Of a stretch of DNA of 20,000 bases, positions 10,761-20,000 are shown piece by piece. A program made the position numbers and the translations under genes. Each line of letters starts with the position of its first letter. Positions within the stretch are counted from its first letter, which is position 1. The stretch comes from Veleropilina oligotropha (taxonomy: Eukaryota): the NCBI GenBank assembly GCA_048128005.1, contig JBEUKZ010000005.1, forward strand, positions 176,631 to 196,630, given 5' to 3'. A model generated the notes under the pieces. The model did no database searches. It was given only the letters and a program-made list of their open reading frames with translations, and was not told the DNA's origin.

Positions 10761-11105
10761 AAAGGAATCTAGCCTGAATGAACGCTACAATCTGAACATC
10801 CGCAAATAGAAACATCCTACAGTCGCGATTGTATTAAATTAGCGTAGATCTTGAAATGGAATCGAGTTAATATTGTTCAAACAAATATGATGGCTCCCTT
10901 TTACTGTGTAAACAATTGGTTGTTCTGCTTTCTATATGACCTTGTCTGGTGTTGCTCACCCGCAATCAGATCTCGTATGAGCAGTAAACGACCCGTGCAT
11001 TGCATGAACTAAACCGTACGTGAGATACATGAGCTATATAATATCTGCCATCAATGTAGACTTGTAATCTTCTATTACTTTCAGCATAATTAACCTCATT
11101 TCCAG

Positions 11106-11230
11106 CCCAGTGATTTTGTGAATACCGCCATGCTGATGAGAAGCAAATGTGTCGCATCTACAGGGAGCGACGAGGGATTATCAAAAATAGAACCTACATC
11201 AGCGAGCAAAACCAAAAGAAAAACCTCAAG
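11106..11230 (+). CDS. Predicted exon A of FN3-SPRY gene (low-complexity N-terminal region; candidate ATG at 11130)
   Basis: Acceptor catttccag| and donor aag|gtactg. Only one frame is open (PSDFVNTAMLMRSKC...KTKRKTS), and it ends in phase 2, matching the next exon. Confidence 0.55.
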
Positions 11231-11417
11231 GTACTGTATTTTGTGTGTACTTTTTGTGGCAAGATCCGGTTCTAAAGATTGCATACGATCGTCTTGAATG
11301 TCCCAGTCAACATCTTGTATGCTCATACGAGGAAATGTCCATATTATCGTGAGGGGAAAACCCACCTGTCCAAAAATAAGTCTTGGGGATGTGTTATTTA
11401 TTACATGAATGGTGCTG

Positions 11418-11827
11418 TTATTCATGAAATAATGGCATAAATGTAATGGTAATTCGCTGATCAATCTATAATTTCACTCTCGTGAGTGAAATTATCAAAA
11501 ATGCGCCATTACGTGACGTCAGAGAAACGGTGTCTTTGGCGACATTGTCCATGGTGATGTTATAATTGCGAAATACTTTTTAACATTGCAATGTAAAACG
11601 TTCGTTCTTTCACAAAAATAAACATGGTTATAAAATGTTAACATCATTTAATTGATAACTAGCCCATTTATATAATAAATAGAGTATTCAATGTTATGTC
11701 AGAAATAATAAATATATTTTGTCTCGTGAACTATATCCTAGCGGATGCACTTAAGATATCCGCTAAGATATATTTCGCTCGACAAAATATATTTAATATT
11801 TCTGACATAGCATAAAATACCCTCTAT
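11418..11827 (-). mobile_element. Foldback non-autonomous element, copy C
   Basis: ~150-bp imperfect palindrome at 11679-11827 (atagag..tatgtcagaaata..tagcggat / atccgcta..tatttctgacata..ctctat). A second palindrome ataatttcactctcgtgagtgaaattat lies near 11468-11495. The left boundary is approximate. Confidence 0.65.
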
Positions 11828-12004
11828 GTAATTGTTATCTCCACAAAGTCTTTGATGATATGATTTGAACCAACTCATGCGAATAGCACTATCAATATGT
11901 TAATTTGAGTGAAAGCTTTAACCAATGGTTCTAGAGACTTCGTAAGGTCGTGTGCTGACCAGAGCTGACAATTCAACGATCGAAATGATTAAAAATGAAT
12001 GCTT

Positions 12005-12250
12005 GATTGATTGATTGATGATCAATGTCCTGTAGATTTACAGCCTCCAGGTTCAAGGCAGGACATGTCCATATTATCCAAGAAGGAAAGCACTGTCACC
12101 TATGGAAACCTGGCAGTGCCATCTCCAGCCATTTATGTACAACTGCGATTGATAGCAGAACAAAGAATGTCATTGCCTCGAACTAGATTCGAACCCACTC
12201 CTGTTAGTTAGCACAAGCGAGCCAGCGATTTCAGAGTCTGCTCTAGAGAC
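12005..12250 (-). mobile_element. tRNA-derived SINE with (TCAA)n tail
   Basis: Minus-strand B box gggttcgaatct near 12185-12197. The ttgattgattgattga run at 12004-12019 is the tail. Confidence 0.6.
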
Positions 12251-12342
12251 AATTGGGAAATACCAAATACATAATGAACTAAAATTAATATCCATGTGAG
12301 CCTAGTTCAATTATTATCATTGCATATATTTTTGTTTACTAG

Positions 12343-12413
12343 GACTCCTTTAAAACAGGACATCCATAGAGACAGATCACCGATGAGGGGGGTAACAAAG
12401 GGCACCAGACACG
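12343..12413 (+). CDS. Predicted exon B of FN3-SPRY gene
   Basis: Acceptor tttttgtttactag| and donor cacg|gtaaat. The 71 nt enter in phase 2 and leave in phase 1 (TPLKQDIHRDRSPMRGVTKGTRH). Confidence 0.55.
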
Positions 12414-12667
12414 GTAAATCAGAGGGAAGCAAGAAGAACTAATACTCTGCAGTGCGCAAACCGAAGGGTAATTTTATGCATGTTGTAGAATTATCTGTTA
12501 TTCATATAACCACTAGGTTTTCGTACGTAATTTAGCCGGATAAATATCATTGATCAGTACAGTAGTAAATTGATGAATGTGAGGCAAGTTTTCTCTGATA
12601 AACTAAGGAAAATAACATTGTCATTTGCATCTGTGATACTAAACGTGTTCGTGTTTCAAATACTAGT

Positions 12668-13478
12668 AATTGTATCCCCGGCGGCGGACAATAAGCAGGG
12701 ATACTATGGTTTAGTCATCATTCGGCCGCATCTATCACCACAGATAATTATTGTGTGCGCTCTACAGTCAACAGTTCTAATCCGTTTTCATTCAAATGCG
12801 GTATGCTCGTTAGTTATGATGAAGACACATGGCGACCATTTTGTTTGAAGAGATTTCTTGGGCACACTCTACAGTGAACAGTTCTAATCCGATTTGTTTC
12901 AAATTTGAAATACATGTTTAGTATGTCGCCTAACCATTATCATCGTGTTCGGACTTCAAGATGACTGCAGTGGCGACCATTTAGTTTGAAGAGATTTCTT
13001 GGGCACACTCTACAGTGAACAGTTGTTATCCGATTTGTTTCAAATTTGAAATACATGTTTAGTATGGTGAGGAGACGTCGTCTAACCATTATCATCGTGT
13101 TCGGATTCAAGATGACTGCCGTGGCGACCATTTTGTTTGAAGAGTTTTCTTATACATGCTCTACATTACTAGTTATCAGTTCATATGCGATTTGATTGAA
13201 ATTTTATATACAGGTTTGATATGATGAGGAGACAACGCCTAAATATTGTCATTGTTTTCGGATTCAAGATGGCTGCCATGGTGGCCATTTTATTTGTAGA
13301 TATTTATTGTGCACGCTCTACAGTGAACAGATCGTGTCTGAGTTGATTCAAATTAGATGTCCACATTAGCAATGATGAGGTAACGACACATAATGAGATT
13401 TGTCGTTTTCGGATTTAAGATTGGCTGCCATGGGAGGGGGATACACCGATCGACTTGCAGGGTCGAGGATTCGCTAGT
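12668..13478 (+). mobile_element. Complete HINE-like (Helentron-associated) element with about five ~110-160-bp internal tandem repeats
   Basis: The 5' subterminal motif gtatcccc (12672-12679) has a local inverted copy gggatac (12698-12704) and a 3' inverted copy ggggatac (13437-13444), followed by a tcgac..gtcga hairpin and CTAGT. The internal unit is ctctacagtgaacagttctaatccgattt...caagatggctgccgtggcgaccattttg. Confidence 0.8.
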
Positions 13479-13578
13479 TAATTATTCTACTCACTAGTTA
13501 ATTATTCTTCTCACTAGTTAATTATTCTACTCACTAGTTAATTATTCTACTCACTAGTTCATTATTCTACTCACTAGT
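13474..13578. repeat. 20-bp tandem repeat x5 (ctagttaattattctactca) joining two HINE copies
   Basis: Five near-perfect units are visible. Confidence 0.95.
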
Positions 13579-14140
13579 AATTGTATCCCCGGACAATAGT
13601 CGGGAATATTATGGTTTAGTCATCGTTCAACAGTCTCTTCCGCCGCAGGGATTTCTTGTGTGCTCTACAGTGAAAAGTTCTAATCCGATTTGATTAAAAT
13701 TGGGAATGAACTTTAGTTATGATGAGGACATGCCACCTAACGATTTTCGGATTCAAGATGGCTGCCGTGACAGCCATTTTGATTGGAGAGATTTCTTGTG
13801 CACGTTCTACAGTGAAAAATGTTAATCCGATTTGATCCAAATTTAGTATCATGTATGCTCGTTACCGGTACTTATGATGAGGACATCATTATGATGGCTG
13901 CCGTGACGGCCATTTTGGAGATATTTCTTCTGCACGCTATACGCCGAAAGTAGAGTGACATTTTTTAAACTGTTTTGATTCAAATTAGGTATGCGTGTGA
14001 CTTATGATAATGACACGCTGCCTAACTATTTTCGTCGTTTTTGCATTCAAGATGGCCGTCGTGGCGGTCATTTTGTTTGGAGAGATGTCTTGTGCGCGTT
14101 CTACAGTGAAAATGTTTAATCGGATTTGATTCAAATTGGA
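13579..14140 (+). mobile_element. Second HINE-like copy, 3'-truncated
   Basis: Same 5' end (aattgtatccccggacaatagtcgggaata...tttagtcatcgttc) plus about four internal repeat units. No 3' hairpin seen. Confidence 0.78.
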
Positions 14141-14183
14141 TATTTGCTAGATGTACTATTTTGTCATAATTATTTTCCATCAG

Positions 14184-14462
14184 ATATCCAAGATATTCCA
14201 ATGATCACCAAAGTGAGCCATGCCATAGAGGGGCGCAGCGATAATAAAGTCTTTGTGCAGTGGACCTCAAAGAAGAATGTAGATCACTACATTGTATTCT
14301 GGAATGTCCAGGATGAATTGTGTCAACAAAAATGCACAGATACAAAATCGATCCTACTTGAGGACATAAGCGGCATGAAACCAACAGACATATGTGTAGC
14401 TGCTTCTATGCAAGGACAACTAAGCGACCAGTCTCCCCCCGTTAGGGTGCCTACTGTCACAA
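14184..14462 (+). CDS. Exon C: fibronectin type III-like domain
   Basis: Acceptor ttttccatcag| and donor caa|gtaagc; a 279-nt phase 1-1 exon. VFVQWT...DHYIVFW...ICVAASMQGQLSDQSPPVRVPT fits the FN3 pattern. Confidence 0.8.
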
Positions 14463-14480
14463 GTAAGCAACCTTATCATA

Positions 14481-14739
14481 TAATTATATCCCCGGACAAG
14501 AGTCGGGGATTATAGTATGTTTTATTCATCGTTCAAGCGCTTCTGCTGCAGAGATTTCTTGGGTGCGGTCTGCAGTGAAAAGTTTTAATCTAATTTGATG
14601 TGCATGTTAGTTATGATGAAGACACGCTGCTTAACGATTTTTGCCATTTTCGGATTCAAGATGGCCAAAACATGTTGGCCATTTTGTGTGGAGAGATATC
14701 TTGTTGCGCGCTCTACAATGAAAATATTTGATCCAATTT
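14481..14739 (+). mobile_element. Third HINE-like copy, 3'-truncated
   Basis: taattatatccccggacaagagtcggggat 5' hairpin followed by slightly more than one internal repeat unit. Confidence 0.75.
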
Positions 14740-15188
14740 GTTCGAGTCCTGGTGAGGGTACGAATTTTTTATTGATATATATGAAATTCATATTTACTAG
14801 ATTATCTATGGAGAACGATCAAGATATCGTTGCCAGTGCGTAAACAATATATGATTTGTTAAAACAAAGCCAAGTTACGCATTCATATATAAATTATCGA
14901 AATAAATACATACATGCCAGAGCCGATCGATCACATATATCAATGTCAAATCCGTGCTAATTCATCAGGTATCCTCGTAGCTTAGTGGTCATAGCACTTC
15001 CACGGTTAGGAAGGGACCCAGGTTCGAGTCCTGGTGAGGGTACGAATTTTTCATTGATGTATAAAATTCATATTCACTTGATTATCTATGGAGAACGATC
15101 AAGATATCGTTGCCAGTGCGAAAGCAATATATGATTTGTTAAAACAAAGCCAAGTTACGCATTCATATAATTATCGAAATAAATACAC
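14740..15188 (+). repeat. Tandem duplication, period 282 bp, carrying a tRNA-like gene
   Basis: gttcgagtcctggtgagggtacgaattttt...ggagaacgatcaagatatcgttgccagtgcg...ttatcgaaataaataca occurs at 14740-~14910 and 15022-15188. Confidence 0.9.
14971..15042 (+). pseudogene. tRNA-like cloverleaf (pseudo-tRNA or SINE head; GGT at anticodon position)
   Basis: Acceptor stem atcctcg/tgagggt, D arm with A box tagcttagtgg, stem cttcc/ggaag with loop acggtta, T arm ccagg-ttcgagt-cctgg, and TTTTT at 15047-15051. U33 and purine 37 are missing. Confidence 0.75.
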
Positions 15189-15261
15189 GCACACATACAC
15201 ATACATACACACATACATACATACATACACACTTACATATATATATTTATATATATATATA
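15185..15261. repeat. Compound (ACAT/AC/AT)n microsatellite
   Basis: acacatacacatacatac...atatatat. Confidence 0.9.
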
Positions 15262-15357
15262 GCCCGGATTCGTTCAGCCTTCTTCTAACAGTAAACATTC
15301 GCACCCAATTTTTCGCTTCCCACTGCTGGCGATACGCATTATCCTATTTTGATAATA

Positions 15358-15680
15358 TTTAGTTGAGCCGTTTACGGAGAAACTATTGTATTGAGTGTGT
15401 CTGTCTGTCTGTGTGGTGGTGTATGTCCATGATGACTTTACATGGCATAACATGGTCAATTCAAAACATGTACCCACGAAACTTCATATACATGCTATTT
15501 GAGTGGATATCTAACTACTGATTGATTTATGAGGTCAAAGGTCAAGGTCACCAAAGTCAAATAAATGTAAAATACAAATAGATATATCTCTGGACTCGGT
15601 CAACCTAGAAAGATAAAATTAAGTTCATTGAGAGTGGGCACTGCGGCTCAACTATGATTCCTCTCGGATGCTCTTGTTTT
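15358..15680 (+). mobile_element. HINE/DINE-1-like element of a different family
   Basis: Subterminal inverted repeats tagttgagccg (15360-15370) / cggctcaacta (15644-15654), a (GTCT)n microsatellite near the 5' end, a ggtcaaaggtcaaggtca core, and an end reading ctcttgtttt. Confidence 0.75.
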
Positions 15681-15705
15681 ATGTTAATCCCATCTTTATT
15701 TTCAG

Positions 15706-16289
15706 TTCCACACATGCAATTTGATGATAAGCGAACTGGCCCCGACATGCGTGTATCGATGGCTGGACAGAAAATAACTATCCCAGAAATGGTCACAGTG
15801 TTTCAGGCTCTTTTACATGTTATTCGGGGTAATACCCCTATGAAGACAGGCCGCTTCTATTGGGAAGTTGAGGCGGTGTGCTTGGACGACAAATGCAAGT
15901 TTGCATTTGGTGGGTCTTTGTCGACGTCAACCTGGGATGCATATCCCGGAATAAAAGACGAATCATGGGGGATACTCTTAAATTGCAATTATAATGAAAC
16001 CACTATCGAAATTCAACATGACTGTCATTGTCAGCATAGAGAAGTTTACCGATCTCCCAGCCGACCACACACTCAACTGTTGAACATCAATACGGGCTCG
16101 GTAACTATCATTGACGTCACGAATGGCACGAATCTCTACACCTTCGAAAGCGTCGACACAAGCAATGACGCCATACCCATATTTACCATTCACTGGAATA
16201 ATACGATTCAAACAACGAAGAGCTTTCTGCGTCTGGTGGATCCCGAGGAAATCCAACAGGAGTCTCTCGTGCCGATCCCTGTTGTCTGA
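15706..16289 (+). CDS. Terminal exon D: B30.2 (PRY-SPRY) domain of a TRIM class I / FSD1-like protein
   Basis: Acceptor ctttattttcag|, phase 1. Motifs QFDDKRTGPDMRVS (PRY-like), VIRGNTPMKTGRFYWEV, PGIKDESWG and LLNINTGSVTII..NGTNLYTF...PIF. Stop TGA ends at 16289. Confidence 0.88.
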
Positions 16290-16814
16290 CGTACACCATA
16301 CACATCAAGCCCATACAATAACCAATACGCTATAAACCCGAACGCAACTAAACGTAATGCTATAATTAGACGTTGGTGAATACTAATTAAATATAGCTGA
16401 ATTCATCAATATCATGCCACGATATACCTCCGTTGGTAAACGTTGAAGAAACGGGAACACAATTACCGGTATCGTTTGACAAATTGATTAGTTGTGTCAA
16501 TACTTTAGTCTGTATTCCTTTGGTATATACGCCGATCCGGTAGATGAGTGGATATATTGCGGACTCTGAATGTATTCCTTTGAATGATCTGTATAATAGA
16601 ACTGCTTTCGAATCTCGGTTGAAGAAATGGTATTTTAAAAGTTTCGCTCAGTTACCATTTACAATTGTCCATAACATGACAGGACATTTCGCAACTACCT
16701 AGACCAGACTGCGATATAATTTAATTTACAAACATCAACGAAATGTTCTATTTTTAATAATTTTTTCACGGTTGTCCTTAACTGGTCAGTGGGGTCGGGT
16801 TTTTCCTGGCGACC

Positions 16815-19800
16815 GATAAAACGTGCAATATGTCCTGGTTATATGTTGTTAAAACGGGCAATATGTCCTGGTTATATGTTGTTAAAACGGGAAATATGTC
16901 CTGGTTATATGTTGATAAAACGGGCAATATGTCCTGGTTATATGTTGATAAAACGGGCAATATGTCCTGGTTATATGTTGATAAAACGGGCAATATGTCC
17001 TGGTTATATGTTGATAAAACGGGCAATATGTCCTGGTTATATGTTGATAAAACGGGCAATATGTCCTGGTTATATGTTGATAAAACGGGCAATATGTCCT
17101 GGTTATATGTTGATAAAACGGGCAATATGTCCTGGTTATATGTTGATAAAACGGGCAATATGTCCTGGTTATATGTTGATAAAACGGGCAATATGTCCTG
17201 GTTATATGTTGATAAAACGGGCAATATGTCCTGGTTATATGTTGATAAAACGGGCAATATGTCCTGGTTATATGTTGATAAAACGGGCAATATGTCCTGG
17301 TTATATGTTGATAAAACGGGCAATATGTCCTGGTTATATGTTGATAAAACGGGCAATATGTCCTGGTTATATGTTGATAAAACGGGCAATATGTCCTGGT
17401 TATATGTTGATAAAACGGGCAATATGTCCTGGTTATATGTTGATAAAACGGGCAATATGTCCTGGTTATATGTTGATAAAACGGGCAATATGTCCTGATT
17501 ATATGTTGATAAAACGGGCAATATGTCCTGGTTATATGTTGATAAAACGGGCAATATGTCCTGGTTATATGTTGATAAAACGGGCAATATGTCCTGATTA
17601 TATGTTGATAAAACGGGCAATATGTCCTGGTTATATGTTGATAAAACGGGCAATATGTCCTGATTATATGTTGATAAAACGGGCAATATGTCCTGGTTAT
17701 ATGTTGATAAAACGGGCAATATGTCCTGATTATATGTTGATAAAACGGGCAATTTGTCCTGATTATATGTTGATAAAACAGGCAATATGTCCTGGTTATA
17801 TGTTGATAAAACGGGCAATATGTCCTGGTTATATGTTGATAAAACGGGCAATATGTCCTGGTTATATGTTGATAAAACGGGCAATATGTCCTGGTTATAT
17901 GTTGATAAAACGGGCAATATGTCCTGGTTATATGTTGATAAACGGGCAATATGTCCTGGTTATATGTTGATAAAACGGGCAATATGTCCTGGTTATATGT
18001 TGTTAAAACGGGCAATATGTCCTGGTTATATGTTGATAAAACGGGCAATATGTCCTGGTTATATGTTGATAAAACGTGCAATATGTCCTGGTTATATGTT
18101 GCTAAAACGGGCAATATGTCCTGATTATATGTTGATAAAACGGGCAATATGTCCTGGTTATATGTTGATAAAACGGGCAATATGTCCTGGTTATATGTTG
18201 ATAAAACGGGCAATATGTCCTGGTTATATGTTGATAAAACGGGCAATATGTCCTGGTTATATGTTGATAAAACGGGCAATATGTCCTGGTTATATGTTGA
18301 TAAAACGGGCAATATGTCCTGATTATATGTTGATAAAACGGGCAATATGTCCTGGTTATATGTTGATAAAACGGGCAATATGTCCTGGTTATATGTTGAT
18401 AAAACGGGCAATATGTCCTGGTTATATGTTGATAAAACGGGCAATATGTCCTGGTTATATGTTGATAAAACGGGCAATATGTCCTGGTTATATGTCCTGG
18501 TTATATGTTGTTAAAACGGGCAATATGTCCTGATTATATGTTGTTAAAACGGGCAATATGTCCTGGTTATATGTTGTTAAAACGGGAAATATGTCCTGGT
18601 TATATGTTGATAAAACGGGCAATATGTCCTGGTTATATGTTGATAAAACGGGCAATATGTCCTGGTTATATGTTGATAAAACGGGCAATATGTCCTGGTT
18701 ATATGTTGATAAAACGGGCAATATGTCCTGGTTATATGTTGATAAAACGGGCAATATGTCCTGGTTATATGTTGATAAAACGGGCAATATGTCCTGGTTA
18801 TATGTTGATAAAACGGGCAATATGTCCTGGTTATATGTTGATAAAACGGGCAATATGTCCTGGTTATATGTTGATAAAACGGGCAATATGTCCTGGTTAT
18901 ATGTTGATAAAACGGGCAATATGTCCTGGTTATATGTTGATAAAACGGGCAATATGTCCTGGTTATATGTTGATAAAACGGGCAATATGTCCTGGTTATA
19001 TGTTGATAAAACGGGCAATATGTCCTGGTTATATGTTGATAAAACGGGCAATATGTCCTGGTTATATGTTGATAAAACGGGCAATATGTCCTGGTTATAT
19101 GTTGATAAAACGGGCAATATGTCCTGGTTATATGTTGATAAAACGGGCAATATGTCCTGGTTATATGTTGATAAAACGGGCAATATGTCCTGATTATATG
19201 TTGATAAAACGGGCAATATGTCCTGGTTATATGTTGATAAAACGGGCAATATGTCCTGGTTATATGTTGATAAAACGGGCAATATGTCCTGATTATATGT
19301 TGATAAAACGGGCAATATGTCCTGGTTATATGTTGATAAAACGGGCAATATGTCCTGATTATATGTTGATAAAACGGGCAATATGTCCTGGTTATATGTT
19401 GATAAAACGGGCAATATGTCCTGATTATATGTTGATAAAACGGGCAATTTGTCCTGATTATATGTTGATAAAACAGGCAATATGTCCTGGTTATATGTTG
19501 ATAAAACGGGCAATATGTCCTGGTTATATGTTGATAAAACGGGCAATATGTCCTGGTTATATGTTGATAAAACGGGCAATATGTCCTGGTTATATGTTGA
19601 TAAAACGGGCAATATGTCCTGGTTATATGTTGATAAACGGGCAATATGTCCTGGTTATATGTTGATAAAACGGGCAATATGTCCTGGTTATATGTTGTTA
19701 AAACGGGCAATATGTCCTGGTTATATGTTGATAAAACGGGCAATATGTCCTGGTTATATGTTGATAAAACGTGCAATATGTCCTGGTTATATGTTGCTAA

Positions 19801-20000
19801 AACGGGCAATATGTCCTGATTATATGTTGATAAAACGGGCAATATGTCCTGGTTATATGTTGATAAAACGGGCAATATGTCCTGGTTATATGTTGATAAA
19901 ACGGGCAATATGTCCTGGTTATATGTTGATAAAACGGGCAATATGTCCTGGTTATATGTTGATAAAACGGGCAATATGTCCTGGTTATATGTTGATAAAA
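16815..20000. repeat. 33-bp minisatellite (gataaaacgggcaatatgtcctggttatatgtt)n, about 96 copies, running off the window
   Basis: Highly homogeneous head-to-tail units with no spacers. Variant units recur at an offset of 1695 bp. Confidence 0.98.

Noticed and set aside
11096..11464. 122-aa minus-strand ORF as a recombinase for the neighbouring foldback element
   Set aside because: No recognisable catalytic motifs, and it overlaps a better-supported plus-strand exon.
14126..14183. 5' extensions of ORFs 14126-14515 and 15654-16289 as real N-termini
   Set aside because: They begin in repeat or intron sequence upstream of clear splice acceptors at 14183 and 15705.
14971..15042. Functional tRNA-Thr(GGT) gene
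   Set aside because: The anticodon loop lacks U33 and purine 37, GGT is not a usual eukaryotic Thr anticodon, and it sits in a duplicated repeat unit.
16778..19974. Long ORFs (up to 531 aa) of 11-aa repeats on both strands
   Set aside because: The 33-bp unit is a multiple of 3 and stop-free in several frames. The ORFs overlap on both strands, shift frame at repeat indels and have no unique domain.
16815..20000. CRISPR array (repeat length is CRISPR-like)
   Set aside because: Units are contiguous with no unique spacers, there are no cas genes, and the context is eukaryotic.

Overview
AT-rich eukaryotic genomic DNA, most likely from a marine invertebrate (mollusc/annelid-like; inferred only from the repeat types). 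The one supportable host gene is a spliced + strand gene. Four exons (11106-11230, 12343-12413, 14184-14462, 15706-16289) have GT-AG boundaries and matching phases and join into a 352-aa open frame: a low-complexity Ser/Lys/Arg/Thr-rich segment, an FN3-like domain and a B30.2/PRY-SPRY domain, as in the C-terminus of TRIM class I or FSD1-like proteins. Most of the remainder is transposon-derived. It includes a Merlin-like deletion derivative, tRNA-derived SINEs, two CR1-type LINE fragments, MITEs with TA, TTA and 8-bp target-site duplications (one locus nested four deep), three foldback elements of similar asymmetric design, Helentron-like (HINE) elements with ~150-bp internal repeats, and a tRNA-like cloverleaf in a 282-bp duplication. 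The last 3.2 kb is a 33-bp minisatellite with a 1695-bp higher-order duplication, and its long ORFs are repeat artefacts. I see no CRISPR array, no prokaryotic system and no clearly new biological system. The best leads are the possibly RING/B-box-less FN3-SPRY gene, the foldback family and the nested insertions.
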